A stretch of DNA of 58,186 nucleotides, the filler included, from Dugesia japonica (lineage: Eukaryota), in assembly GCA_001938525.1 (NCBI GenBank). It is 5 parts of 5 records of this genome, joined end to end, with 100 filler letters (N's around TTAATTAATTAA, not from the genome) between each part and the next. Parts side by side here need not be neighbours in the genome. Positions count along the whole stretch, not along the records: positions 31,407 to 40,382 come from MQRL01533195.1; positions 40,483 to 49,762 come from MQRL01295556.1; 3 more parts are not named here. The stretch is one strand, 5' to 3'. A model generated the notes under the pieces. It saw nothing but the letters and a program-made list of their open reading frames with translations. It was not told where the DNA came from and did no database searches. Every line of letters starts with the position of its first letter. Position 1 is the stretch's first letter. Below, in pieces: positions 36,901 through 49,399 of this stretch. Position numbers and translations under genes: made by a program.

Positions 36901-38879
36901 GAATTATCAAATTAGCATTAATTTCGTCAGGAAAAATATTTTCAAATTTTATTTCATTTCAAACGTTTCAATAAAATTAACTAGATTTTTTTCAGGGAAA
37001 AATAAAAAAAATTTAAAGTTACAAAAGTAAAAGTAAAATAATTCCTTTCTAATTCTGATCTTTTATTTTTCAATCAGTTTATTATCTATTTTAAAATTAA
37101 TTTTATTTTATTAATCAATTAAAAAAGTTTAAAATTTTATGTTTTTCGTTTTTTACATTTAAAACTCTTTTTATTTATAAATATATTGAAAAATAGGAAA
37201 TTATAATAAAGCAATATATTTATATCCGACTTTATTTCTTTTATTATTTAATAAGATGGATTTTAGATTATTATCGATTTATTATTGGCTAAAAAATTAC
37301 ACTATAAATGACTGTGTTTTTATTTAATCGTTCCTGATGAAGATTATGTTGAAATATTAAATATTCTAAAAAATGGGAAGAGAAAAAACAATTTTGACCT
37401 TTGAATTTTGAAAATTTTTTTTTGTTAAATAAAGATCAATGGTTTACAAGTGAAATCGTTTATTTTAAATCTCGCGCAAATTAACCGAAAACATTTTCAA
37501 TGAATTTAACATTATAATTTCTTAACCAATAGGAATCAATTCGAATCAAATTAATTTGAATTGTTTCTTTAAGAATTTTGTGGCTAGAATGAATTGAACA
37601 ATAATTTCAGGTGAAGAATTCTATTATACATTTTAATAAAATAAAGACAGCTACACTAGATAAAACGAGTTAAAGTTAGACATACACTAACTGTTTTAAG
37701 AATATTAACTAGCATGTTCTCAAACCCTTCAGCTACAAATAACTAATATATGATATTTAGGAACACTTCATTAGGAATTAGAAAAGCAAATTTAGTTTCT
37801 TTTTGAAAAATAAATTTGCTGAGGAATTTCGTTTTTTCCATTTATAACGTCATTTAAGAAAATTAAACGGATTCACACCCGTTGCACTAAATAATATATA
37901 CTTTCTAGAAACCGAAATCTTTCAAAAAATGGGAAATATTATCAAGAAAATTAAATATAGATATAGAGAAATTATAAAAAACTAAGGATAGCCAAAGAAA
38001 GATAGTAGGCAGATAGTAGCGAAGAAAATTATGTATGTTTTTGTGATGGAAAATAATAACAAATTTGATTGAATCAGAAAAATTGCACCCTGTTTTAAAA
38101 AATGTTTTAAAAATTTATCGATCCAATTTTAAAAAAATATTTTAACCATTAAAAACAAAAAATTATTTTCCATCACGAAAACATAAATAAATTTCTACTG
38201 CAATTTTTATGTTTTTCCGCGAGAGGGGTAAGGAAGTGCGGTCATGCCCTACGATATACCTACTATGGATAGATTAAAAGATAGTTTTTGAATTAAAATA
38301 TTGTAAAGTAGTGCACAATTAAAGACGATAATTATACAAAATAGAACAATTTTTAAAGTAAAATATTGAAAACTGGTGCCAAATTAATAATAAAATTTAT
38401 GCAATAACTCTACAAAATATACATAAATATTTTTAATGAAATATTTAGAATATTAAGTATTAAATGAATTATTTTTTATTTATAATATTAACATTATTTT
38501 TTGTAATTAAAAATTAAATTAAATGAAATTTAAGCTGTTCTTAAATGAAACAATATAATATTAAATTATTAAAATTAATTCCTTTTAAAATTTTGGGATT
38601 AAAATGTTTTTTTTAAGATTGTGAAAAAAATTGTATTCTATTTATAATAATGATAATGTTTTTATTTTTTTTAATTTACACAAATTTGCTATTTCGTCTG
38701 ATTTATATTTGAAAAATTTTTTTTATGTCAAAATTTGTAAAATAGAAATGTAAAAGGTTTTTGTTTCTTATTAACTATTTTTTAAATCATTTATCAATAA
38801 ACAATTATTTTCAGATTTTCGGTATCAAATTTTTTAAAAGATTTAGTTTTCTTAACAACTTGCTTATTTATTCTATTTA

Positions 38880-39713
38880 CGTGGTAAGACTAAAAAGTCC
38901 TTAAATTCTGTCAGAAATATTGAAGATATTTAAATAAAATTTTGCACGTAAAATAATAATCATGAAATGTACGATTTGTTTTAATATGCTAATTTTTGTT
39001 TGAACTAGATTAGAATAATTCAAAATGACGTTGAATTTTGCAGTGTGCTCCTATTATTACTTAAAGGATTTCAGGTTGTTCAATCATCTTGAAAAACATT
39101 TGTGAGAACATAAGTTTAAAATAAAAGCTTCGATCAAAATTTTGTATTTTTAGTTTTCGATAACAATTCAATATTTAGACTTTGTCTTCGTCAGGAATTG
39201 ACTTTTTTTTTTAAAAAATGTACAATACCCTATATATATAAAGGAAAAGAAAACATAAGCTATGTTGAGTTTTTAATGAATATGTTAAATGTCACTGCAT
39301 TACAACCATATTATATTAATATAAATGTTCACACAAGCTGGATTGTCAAAATTTAAGAATTATAGCCATCTTATATTCAGTATAATTGCTTGAATCTTTT
39401 ATTTTAATGAATTCTAAAAAACGATCAATGGTTACATCCAACAATTATTCTCGACAAGATTGCAATTGTAAAACATAAGTTTGTTTCAAAGGATGATATG
39501 AACAACGTGAAGAAATTCATCACGCAGAAAAATCACAATTTCTTTAAAAGGGGCTTCAATGAAATGGTTTACCGCTGGAAAAAAAGCGTCAATGTAAACG
39601 GGGGTTATATCGAGAAATGAAACTTATGAATGTATATTTATTGTTCATAAAAGTTTTGTTGAATTGACTTCATTTTTTATGGTAAAGTCTAAGGACTTTT
39701 TAGCCTTACAGCG
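38880..39713 (+). mobile_element. Mariner deletion derivative, 834 bp
   Basis: TA TSD on both sides. TIRs cgtggtaagactaaaaagtccttaaatt and (reverse complement) cgctgtaaggctaaaaagtccttagact. Mariner C-terminus QKNHNFFKRGFNEMVYRWKKSVNVNGGYIEK*. Confidence 0.92.
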
Positions 39714-40187
39714 TATTTTGCAAAATATTTTGAGAATAATATTTGATATCAGTGGTTAACAAGTGCAACAGTTATTAACAATTAAGCACATATTACCATG
39801 TTATCAGCCATTAAACGGTTACATACACGAGCACCTGGTATTAATTTGAGTGTTAAATGACTTCGTTTGTTAAATAAAAATTCGCGATATGTTAATATTC
39901 AAATCTGAGAGAATGGAATATTAAAAAGCAATGTACCAATGTAAGTTACGGAAATACCATCATACGATAATATTAGAATGAAGCACAAAGGAAAATTGCT
40001 AATTCATAATATGAATCAAATATATATATATATATATTGGAAGTCTAGATTAAAAAAGAAAGAAAATCAAGTAAAGAACTTCAATATATTTGAATAGAAT
40101 TTACTGTAATATAATATAGAAATTAGAAAGAATAGTTTGTTTAATATTACGATTGACATAAGAACAAAAAATTTTAATTATTGTTCT

Positions 40188-40382
40188 AGTAGGGGGATAG
40201 TAGCACACTGGCACATTTTTTTTAGTTATCGAGGGGGACCCCCCCCCCGGGGGGGGCTCGGAAACACAATAAGATTGTGCTACTATTTTTGTGCTACTAT
40301 TTTTGGGTTGCTTTTTTTTTCTAAGATTTTTGGGATCAAAAATTTTTTGATCGGATCAAATTTTTTTTTGATCGGATCAGTT
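40188..40382 (+). mobile_element. Element terminus starting AGTAG, probable Polinton TIR end
   Basis: agtagggggatag.agcacac.gg...ccccccccgggggg..ctcggaaacaca...tttttgatcggatc repeats; homologous to 57829 onward; runs into a gap. Confidence 0.6.
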
Positions 40383-40482
40383 NNNNNNNNNNNNNNNNNN
40401 NNNNNNNNNNNNNNNNNNNNNNNNNNTTAATTAATTAANNNNNNNNNNNNNNNNNNNNNNNNNNNNNNNNNNNNNNNNNNNN
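40383..40482. other. Artificial assembly spacer
   Basis: 44 N + TTAATTAATTAA + 44 N. Confidence 0.97.
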
Positions 40483-41389
40483 TTTTTTATTTGAATTATT
40501 TTTCTTTTAATTTTAAATAATTTGATACACTAATGAAGAAAAAGAAAAAATATGTTTACATTAAAATTAAAATAACCAACTACAATTTATTTATGAAGAC
40601 CAACTAAAATCATAGGATAAATAATTTCTACATTAAAATGTATGGACACGGATCGTCTCCATTTAGTGTTGGCAATTCGAATTCAAATTGAAAAAAAGTA
40701 TATTACATCTTTGATATCGATGTCTTCTGATTATAAAACGTAATTCCAATATTTGTCTTCTTTCATCAGTTTTGATTTTCTTTCCAATTTTGGAAACATT
40801 TCATTTACTATCCTTTTCGTAAGATATAAAAATTAATGACAACCATAATAATAATTAAAAAAATGTTTACCGCCTTTAGTTATTGCTTAAATATAACAGT
40901 GGGTATTCTTGAGGCCAAAATGTTACAGCTTTTTTAGTGTAAAGGAGTCGTTGAGGGCAAAAGGTATAAAATTAAAAAATACCGACATTAATCAACAAGC
41001 ATATCTAGATTGTTATAGAAGTAATAATGCAGTCTCAGTAAATCAGTTTATGGAGCGAAAATCATCAGCTCTTTAGTTTTGTAGGTCCTAAAGTCGCATT
41101 AACAAATAATGACGACAAACGTATATAGGTATATAAAAGCGATTGTTTGCCCTACGGACATTATAAATTAAATGCAATATTTTTGCCAAATATGATGGAA
41201 CCAATCAGTTTCAATTGAACGAAGACAAAATGGTTATACATTTATATTTGTGATAAATAATATTTACATATATAATTAGTTTGAAAATGCTGCTGTCAAT
41301 GAAAATATTGAGTGGTGCTGAAGATATACAATCAAAAATAGTAATATTTTTTTTATAATAAATAATATTAAAATATATTTAATTTTAAA

Positions 41390-42050
41390 TGATACCATCC
41401 AAACGATTTATGTAAAATGTAGAAAATCAAAAAAAATATNCAGAAATATTGCTTATTGTCAAAGAATATTAGATAACAAAAATAGATAACAGTTTTATTT
41501 ACATCTAAATGCTATGTGAACGTTAATGGTTCTCTTTAGAGCCACAACTGCTGATTGATATTTTCATTTTTTGTTCTTTTTGAAAAAAAATAATAGGTAT
41601 ACAATATGGATGCAGCTGTAACAAAGTCAATATAAGACGAAAGCAACTGAAACATAGACAATGCAACAGGAAAGCAGCAGATGAAAAGAAAATTACTGAA
41701 CCAAGTAATATTTAATTTGCTATTAAATTATATTAATTTTTGTTTAACTGTAAATGCTACCAACCAAACTATATATATATAGAAAATGAAGAAAATCAAA
41801 ATCAAAAAATTGTCACAAATATTTATTATTGCCAACGAATATTATTTTATGAAATAGATATCAATTGTATTTATTTACGTTTATGGTCTCGTTAGAACCA
41901 CAATTGGTGATAAATGATTCATTTTATTTTATTTTGTTCTTTTGGAAAAAAACAATTGATGTACAATATTGATGTAGCTGAAACAAAGCCAATGCTAGAT
42001 GAAAGAGTCTGAATCACAGAAAAGGCAACAAGAGAGCAATGAAAACAAAG
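41390..42050 (-). repeat. Old tandem duplication (about 360-bp period) of a hydrophobic coding-like segment
   Basis: Minus strand FPVALSMFQLLSSYIDFVTAASILYTYYFF vs SLVAFSVIQTLSSSIGFVSATSILYINCFF; the DNA blocks align throughout. Confidence 0.6.
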
Positions 42051-42639
42051 ACTTATAAACGAACTAAAAATTGACAGAAATCATGAAAATGAATGTTAGC
42101 TGTCGCTAAGTTATTGGGTTCAGTTTCAATCTCTATAAAATAATTTCAATAACTACAAGATTTATTTAACAATAAAAGATTAATCTTCTTATTCAGCATA
42201 TTTAAACAAAGTTCTTCAGGGTTAAATTATTTTAATGTTGACAAATTTACTGGCTATAATAATCAATATTAAATTTATCTAAATTATTTCAAAATAATGA
42301 TTTTTAAAATTACAAATGAGTTTATTTTTCAACTACTAACAACGAATATTTGCAAAATAACTGATAATATTAATTATTCTGTTTAAAACCAAAAAACATT
42401 TTATTTTACAAGATGATTTTACAAATAAAGATTGTAAAACTAATATATATAACTAACTATATATAAATATCTAACTATATATAACTAAATGTTATTATAA
42501 AATATGATTAAATCAGAAGTAATAAAAATTTAGTACAAGATTTATTAAATAACAAATTGAGTCTTTTTTCTTTACTGATAAATCCATGGTAATTTATGAT
42601 CTTCTGAAATGGGTCCGTGGCAAAAGAAATCTAAAATAA

Positions 42640-42800
42640 ATATGTTTGTTGTGTCTAGTAGCCTATCTTTCACCATTAATTCAAGCAAATTTAACAGCTT
42701 CATTTTCTTAATCTCATTAAAAAAACTGTCTGTTTCAGCAGCCACTATATTTGTCTAGTATTTCTTCAATCTTCGATATTTTTCAGGCTCAACATACACA
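42640..42800 (-). pseudogene. Isolated pPolB fragment (motif C region) of the same family as 55.4-57.8 kb
   Basis: NIVAAETDSFFNEIKKMKLLNLLELMVKDRLLDT aligns with NIVAGD.TDSF..EVKDIKLD*LLELMVKDRLLDT at 55770-55870. Confidence 0.8.
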
Positions 42801-43435
42801 AGAAAAAGATTTTTATTATGAGTCCAACGATACAATATTCGAAGCCATACGATAATATTCGAAACCAAAACATCAAATTTCAACCTGCTCGAGCAAAGTT
42901 TTGACCAATAAATTCGAAATCGAAAAACGTTTACACTGAAAAGTAAAGACTAATTAAAATGCAAAATTTCTATATCACTAAAATTCCTGTATTTCTTAGT
43001 GAAGTATGTGAGATGATCCAGTGCTGAAGTATATATCTAATAACTGTTTCATTATGTTGAGAAAACAAGCATCAAAACTAAATCATAACACATGTTTACA
43101 AAGCACAATCTGAAAAAAAAATAGAATTTAGATGAGGTTTAATTTATTTTGTGGCACAACTTTAAAGTTGCATTTAGGTAAAATTTAAAACGTATCAGTT
43201 TGTTTTGTTTTTTGAAGATAGAAATGGGAATTAATTATATTTGGTTTTATGGAAACTTATTATAAGGATTAATTATTAATCGGTATCGTTTATTCTTTGT
43301 ATTTTGTTTGGTAATTTTGAAGTCAGGATAATTTAGCCAGAAAAAGTTATAATTATTCATTTTAAAAAATATTAAAGTTGAATAAATATTGAGTATCATT
43401 TACAATTTAAACAGTTAGATTGGTTTGCTTTAGAT

Positions 43436-43705
43436 CAGATGTTTCCAACCTGTGGGTCGCCTGAAACTTCTGAAAATAAATTTTTAAAATAGGAAAATGT
43501 TTTTTTTTGCAAAATTTATAAACCTTCTACTTTGAAGTTTATCTACTGTGATTAGGCTATAAAATGGACTGATTTTTGAGAAATCAAATACATAATAGTT
43601 ATATGCAAAAATGTGATAATGGAGGAGCAATTTTATCGTAGGGGTTACCACAACTTTGGAAATGATATCAAGGGGTTACAGCACCAGAAAGGTTGGGAAC
43701 CGCTA
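43436..43705. mobile_element. 270-bp hAT (Buster/Charlie-type) MITE
   Basis: Ends cagatgtttccaacctg and aggttgggaaccgcta; perfect 8-bp TSD ctttagat (nnnTAnnn) at 43428-43435 and 43706-43713. Confidence 0.92.
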
Positions 43706-44049
43706 CTTTAGATTGTTTTGTTATTTATTCATTTTTTGCTTTTAAACTTAAAAAGATGTAATTTGACAACAATTTTTGATAATTTGATAATAATAATTTC
43801 AGAATTTTTAAATTTCAATTGAAACATTTACAATCTCATTAATAACTATTTTATGTTATCAAGTGGAATATCTGAATTTAATAAAATTAAATACCATTTA
43901 CTTGTACCGTGTTCTTCTTTTTAATAAAACTATTAGGTGAAATAACTGTTGCTAATAAACAACCATAAATAAACGAAATAATCTAAACTCGATTTCAGAA
44001 ATTCAACTTTAATAAATTCAAATTATTAATGTCAAATGAGTGTAATATA

Positions 44050-45288
44050 CACCATATTTTCAAAATTAATAGAAAACATTCCAAATTAGAAATATCCATA
44101 AAAAGAGTGTAGAAATGGCAGATTAAATATACAGATTATGATGAAAATGCTGCAAAATTATTGATTGGATGCAAAGGAGGGGAAGAAAACTGGCTGAACC
44201 CAATCGTGTATTGAAAGATAATATTTGTGAAATAATTCAATTCAATTGTAGCCTCACGCAAAAGAGTATAGGAGCTAAACTCCAGAAGAAAGAAATTAAT
44301 ATTTCTCAAAGCATTATTCCAAAAGCGTTAAATAAGGTAGAAATTACCGGATAATATTACTTCTCTTGAAGTAATATCTCAACGTGGATTTAGAAATTTG
44401 AGAAAATGATTTTTAAATGAGCTAGATTTAATCTCTATTCCAAAAAATTAGGGTTAAGCTTTTACAATTTTCCGTTTCATTTGCATTGTTGTTTAGTTGA
44501 GTTCAATAAGTATATTACCAATTTCTTTTATGTTCAAATTGCTTTATGAACGATCAAAAGCAAAGTGTTTAATAAAACAGCAAATCAAGATTTTGGAAAA
44601 CAAACCAGAACCTCTTACATCATGTGGACACTTATTGAGTATAGAGAAAAATATCAACATATTCGTTATGTTTCTCGCTAGTAAAGGCAGGAATATTTCC
44701 GTCCTCTCAATATTATCTTCATCTGAGTTACTTCATACAAAAATTATTGATGGAGCTTATAATGGACAATTGTTTTTGTAAATTTTAGAAGAATGTGTTA
44801 GGCATTTTGAAAATATTGATTCCCCAATTTTGTTTATGGATAACGTGAAATTTTATCATGTCAAGAAGATGAAATGTTTTGCAGTGTAATACCATTTAAT
44901 TAAGATATTTGTTGCCTTATTCACCAGATTTTAATCGAATTAAAAACGTATTTAGTACATTAAAATCAAGATATTATAATGTTCACCCAACATCAGAAAC
45001 GAACACAAGCAAACAATTTTAAATATATTACAGAAGTGAATAGAAATCTAAATGATGTTGCATTTTAAGAGCACATACAAGGATATCTCAATCAATCTTT
45101 TGATATAGAATTATTTAAAAAATAAAAGTCTTCGTTTATATTTGATTGTGTTTTTGGAATATATATTTACATGTATTATCCCATTACTTGGTTTCTTATT
45201 TATAATTTACGTAATTTAGTTTGACTTAAACAGTTTTAAAACCTTTTCTAATTTTGGAATATTTTCTACCACTTTTGGAAAAAGAGTG
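44050..45288 (+). mobile_element. Tc1/IS630-like transposon (DDE_3), degenerate
   Basis: TIRs caccatattttcaaaattaatagaaaacattccaaattagaaa and tttctaattttggaatattttctaccacttttggaaaaagagtg, with TA on the left. HTH region RRGRK..SLTQKSI..ISQS; KGRNISVL..DGAYN..ILFMDNVKFYH; LLPYSPDFNRIKNVFSTLK. Confidence 0.88.
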
Positions 45289-45327
45289 TTATATTTTGGA
45301 AAATTAACCATTCTGTAGTTAGTTATT

Positions 45328-45925
45328 CAGTGTCAGTCAAATCCTTTCAGATCGTAGCACACTGAGCCAAAATTCCTTTTGCGGCGTAACTATTTGAAAA
45401 TTGATAATTTCGAAAACATGAAAGAAAATTTATTAACAAATATTTAATCTATCACAGGTATAACAACTCTATTTTTGATCAATGCGAATTTTGAAATTGT
45501 TTTTCAGTGCAAATAAATTTGATGCGAGGCTCAATCTTTGAAAAACAAACACGAGGTTCCTCGTCAATTATTTGAAGTCTCTCACAGTTTTTTAGCTTCG
45601 ATTCTGTGAGTACTGAAAATCCATGCTCGCAAAGACAAAAGCTTTCAAATGGTAATAACAATTCTATTACTTCACTGCTAAAAAAAAATTTGGTGTTTAA
45701 AGATTTCCAAAACTCCTAAAGACTTTTTAAAACTAGACCAATCAAGTTTTCTTCAAGCTCCTATTCATGATTCTCAGCTTCACACTCCATAAATGGGTTG
45801 AGAACCCCACATTCTATTTCTAACATTTCCAGATTCGAAAAGATCTTGATAAACGAAAGTTCAAAAACGCTAAAAACTTTAGACAATTTCAGATGTTTTT
45901 GCAGCACATAGGTTGCCCGACACTG
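45328..45925 (-). mobile_element. Deleted Buster-type hAT element
   Basis: Ends cagtgtcagtcaaa and gttgcccgacactg. Dimerisation domain LLPFESFCLCEHGFSVLT..RVCFSKIEPRIKFICTEKQFQNSH. Same family as 12.4-13.2 kb. Confidence 0.87.
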
Positions 45926-46778
45926 GAATAAATTGTTACTATGATGTTATTAAATAAACCAATAAATATCTTAATATTAATGATCGCATAAAGAAACGTT
46001 GATATCTTTTTTAACTTATATTTAAATGTTTTGTTGGAATATAAATAATGAAATGCTATGAAAAATTAGTAAAAGGACCATAATTTTTAACAGCTTATTT
46101 TTTCAGAAACGGCGATAATTACCTGTATTTAAGACTTTTATTTCAGATCACAATAATTGTATGGAAATTAATATATGCTACATACAGTGGCTAGTTTTTT
46201 CATGAATTTATCTGTGGAAAACTTATTCTCTACTACTCAAATAGACCAAATTTCATTTTTGGTAATGGATAATTGCTGATTTCATTATAGAATAAATATT
46301 TTGCATTTAATAGTTGAAAATAGAATTTCATATTAGTTTTTGCCTCCTTACACAACGGATCGAAACTCTACTGAATAAAGGATCATTGCAAATTACAGAA
46401 ATAAATCATTATCAAGGAAACTTAAGAAATCAAAAGGAAGAAATAGTAAGATAAAAAACAAGAATCAACAAATTTTTCAAAACGATGCAGTTTAAAGTTT
46501 TAGTATAAAGTTGATATAAATCAGAGTTTCACAGCGTACAATTGAAAAATGAAATTTTAAAGAGTGAAAATTTAATAACGTGGCGACTCTAAGTCATCTC
46601 TCAGGCTTAGTAAACGTCCAATATGGAGTCTAAATAACCTTTGACCGCTATTTCAATATTTCGCATCAATTTTTACTGAGTATCTTATAGCAAATGGCTC
46701 CACTTATAAAAACAATGAAATGACATTATGAGGTGACCGAGATGCATTCAAATAATTTTGGTTTGATTACTTGAATAT

Positions 46779-46842
46779 ATTATGTTTGATTGAATTATTA
46801 TGTTTGATTGAATTATTATGTTTGATTGAATTATTATGTTTG
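46779..46842. repeat. 18-bp tandem repeat, about 3.5 copies
   Basis: Unit attatgtttgattgaatt. Confidence 0.92.
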
Positions 46843-47851
46843 TTTAATAACTTCCATATTATTTCTACCTGACATCCATCATTTAAGATACTTATTGAAC
46901 AATTAAAAAATTTTCTGTTATATGGGAGGACATATTAAAATTTTTAAAACTTAGGTAGGGCATGGCATGAAAAAAATGGGAAACACTTATATAGTGCAAA
47001 CATGGAAAGATACAGGATATTTCATGTTAATTTTTAAGAAAGCATGTAAATATGTAGTTTATAAGAAATTTTATAATGTTTGATAAGTAAATTTTTAAAT
47101 TAGATTCCAGTGAGTTTTTATAAATAAATTATAGATTGCTGAAATTTTAAACCCGTTTACACTTTCAGATTTAGTTTAGTTGTGCTTAATAGTTTATTTT
47201 TATCAATTTTATAATATTGCCTATTAATTTTGGAATAGTTAATACAAATTTTGGAATATATTGTACCAATTTTGAAATAGTTTTTGCAAATTTTTTGAAA
47301 AGGGTGTAATATTTTTGAAATTTAACCAATCCATAATTAGAGAATAAATTATTACTGTTATGGGATTAAATAAAATCAGCCAATATCTTAAAATTATTAT
47401 TGATCGTACAAAGACAAGTTGATATCTTGATTAACTTATATTTAATTGTTTTATTGCAGTACAAATTAGTAAAAGGCCTATAACTTTTAATACCGTATGT
47501 TTAGCAGAAACGGCGATAATTACCGTTATTTCAGACACTTAATTTAACAAAATTAATTCATACTCCAATTGTTTTTATGAATGTTTGGTTTTAAGATGTT
47601 TTATGTAGTTTATTATAATTATATTTCTCTACTCAAATCACAAATTTCTTCTAAATTTCAATAATAATTCTTTAAAGTTCTTTATTAAAAATAATAAATA
47701 ATTATTTTGATAATAAAGAGGAAATATTCCTTCTAAATCAAAACAATTTTTTTGAAACTTTTTAATTTTGAATTTCTTTTAATAGACTAATTAAAGAATA
47801 TTTGTTAGCTTAGATATTTAAAGATATAGGAAATTGTAATTTAATATTTCA

Positions 47852-48346
47852 ATGAAAAAACTTTTATTCGTAATTTTATTGGCGGGGTTTATAATATTTG
47901 CAATTAATGCATTTCAGCGTAATAAATTAAATTTTAATTTTAATAACTTGAAATTTTTCTTAGAATTCGGCAGAGAACTTGAATGTTATCAATGTAATTC
48001 ATTAACGCAACCACATTGTTCTGATTTTTTTGACAATCAGACAGTGATTTTAGAAAGATGTCCAAATGACGGTAAAAATTATTCCATGTGCAGAAAAATT
48101 ATCCAAGAACTATATTATGATGGAGTTTGGGAACGAAGATATTACAGAGATTGTGCAGTTACTGGTTATATCGGTGCAGAAGAAGGTCGTTGGTGCACAG
48201 ATCGAATGGGAACTCTTCGTGTAAAAGTGAGATATTGCCACTGCAACAATAAACAAGGTTGTAACAGTGGATCATCGATTTCAATTGGAATTATTTTGAT
48301 GATATTTTCATCATTTCTTGCAATTTTTACAGTGACTCCTACATAA
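47852..48346 (+). CDS. Ly6/uPAR three-finger protein, quiver/sleepless-like, signal peptide plus GPI-type tail; probable intron 47919-47963
   Basis: Hydrophobic N-terminus; LECYQCNS..CSD..C..CRK..YRDC..C..YCHCNNKQGCN (10 Cys, terminal CN); hydrophobic C-terminus; AT-rich GT...AG 45-mer (gtaata...ttcttag). Confidence 0.92.
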   Translation: MKKLLFVILLAGFIIFAINAFQRNKLNFNFNNLKFFLEFGRELECYQCNSLTQPHCSDFFDNQTVILERCPNDGKNYSMCRKIIQELYYDGVWERRYYRDCAVTGYIGAEEGRWCTDRMGTLRVKVRYCHCNNKQGCNSGSSISIGIILMIFSSFLAIFTVTPT

Positions 48347-49399
48347 TATTTTGATATATCACTCATTTTTGATATCTTATGGCTGTGTAGTTTTTTTTCT
48401 TTGTAAATATCTGTTTTTGACATATCATGAATTTTAATATTTACTAGTTTTTTTGTAGTGAAACTACTTTGGTCTTTATTATTTATGATCATATATAATT
48501 ATTTATATAGCAAATTTCTGATCAGAATGGTCTTGTTATTAATATTACACAATGAAAATTGCAAAAATTGTGGAATATCTAAATTTAATAAAATATAATA
48601 AATAATTATTCCATATTATAATGATAAAGAAAATTTTAATTCTTTTTTTAAAAAACAACAATTGCCATTAGCATCGTTTATTCATACTCTGTTCGTCTTT
48701 ATAATTAAACAGTTCGGTGAAATTACTGTTACTTATAAATCACTATCAATAAAATAATCAATCTAAACTCGATTTCTGAAATTCAGCTTTAATAAATCCA
48801 AATAAGCATAATATAATATTTTTGAAAATTAACCATTTCATAGTTAGAATAAATTATTATTATGATATGATTAAATGAAAACCAATCAATATCTTAATTA
48901 TATTGATCGTACAAAGAAATTTATTATTTTGATAAACTTATTTTTAGATGTTTTGTTGGAATATAAATAATGTAATGCTATGAAAAGTTAATGGCTATAA
49001 ATTTTGACACCGTCTTTTTCGCAAAAACATTTTCAGAAATTTTATTTTAAAAAAACTTAAAACCTTTTATTCATTCATTCGTATTTATAAATCCTAATAA
49101 AACTACATTTGGTGTTTGATTTTTATAGTTAATTATAATTATGTTTCTCTACTCAAATCACAAATTTTCAAGAGTAATTTTTATTTTACTTATTGAAAAT
49201 ATTTGCGTCTTATTTTCTAAATTACTCTTATTTCTTAAAAGGTGTGATATTTAATCATGTGTTTCTTTTGCTTGATTTTCACTAAACAAATATTGAACTC
49301 ATTTTATTGTATAGCTTCTATTAATTTTTTCAATGAAAAGTCGTTTCTCCGGACATTTCCAGCTAGTGTAATATACTTGTTCACAAGTCAAACACCTGA

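Noticed and set aside
37325-37375. CTGATGA...GAAA hammerhead candidate (a similar one lies on the minus strand at about 1375-1410)
   Set aside because: No stem I or stem II pairing; expected by chance in AT-rich DNA.
48166-48492. Antisense ORF over the Ly6 gene (likewise 3652..4017, 20305..20505, 22656..22847, 25794..25997)
   Set aside because: Shadow ORFs opposite real coding sequence.
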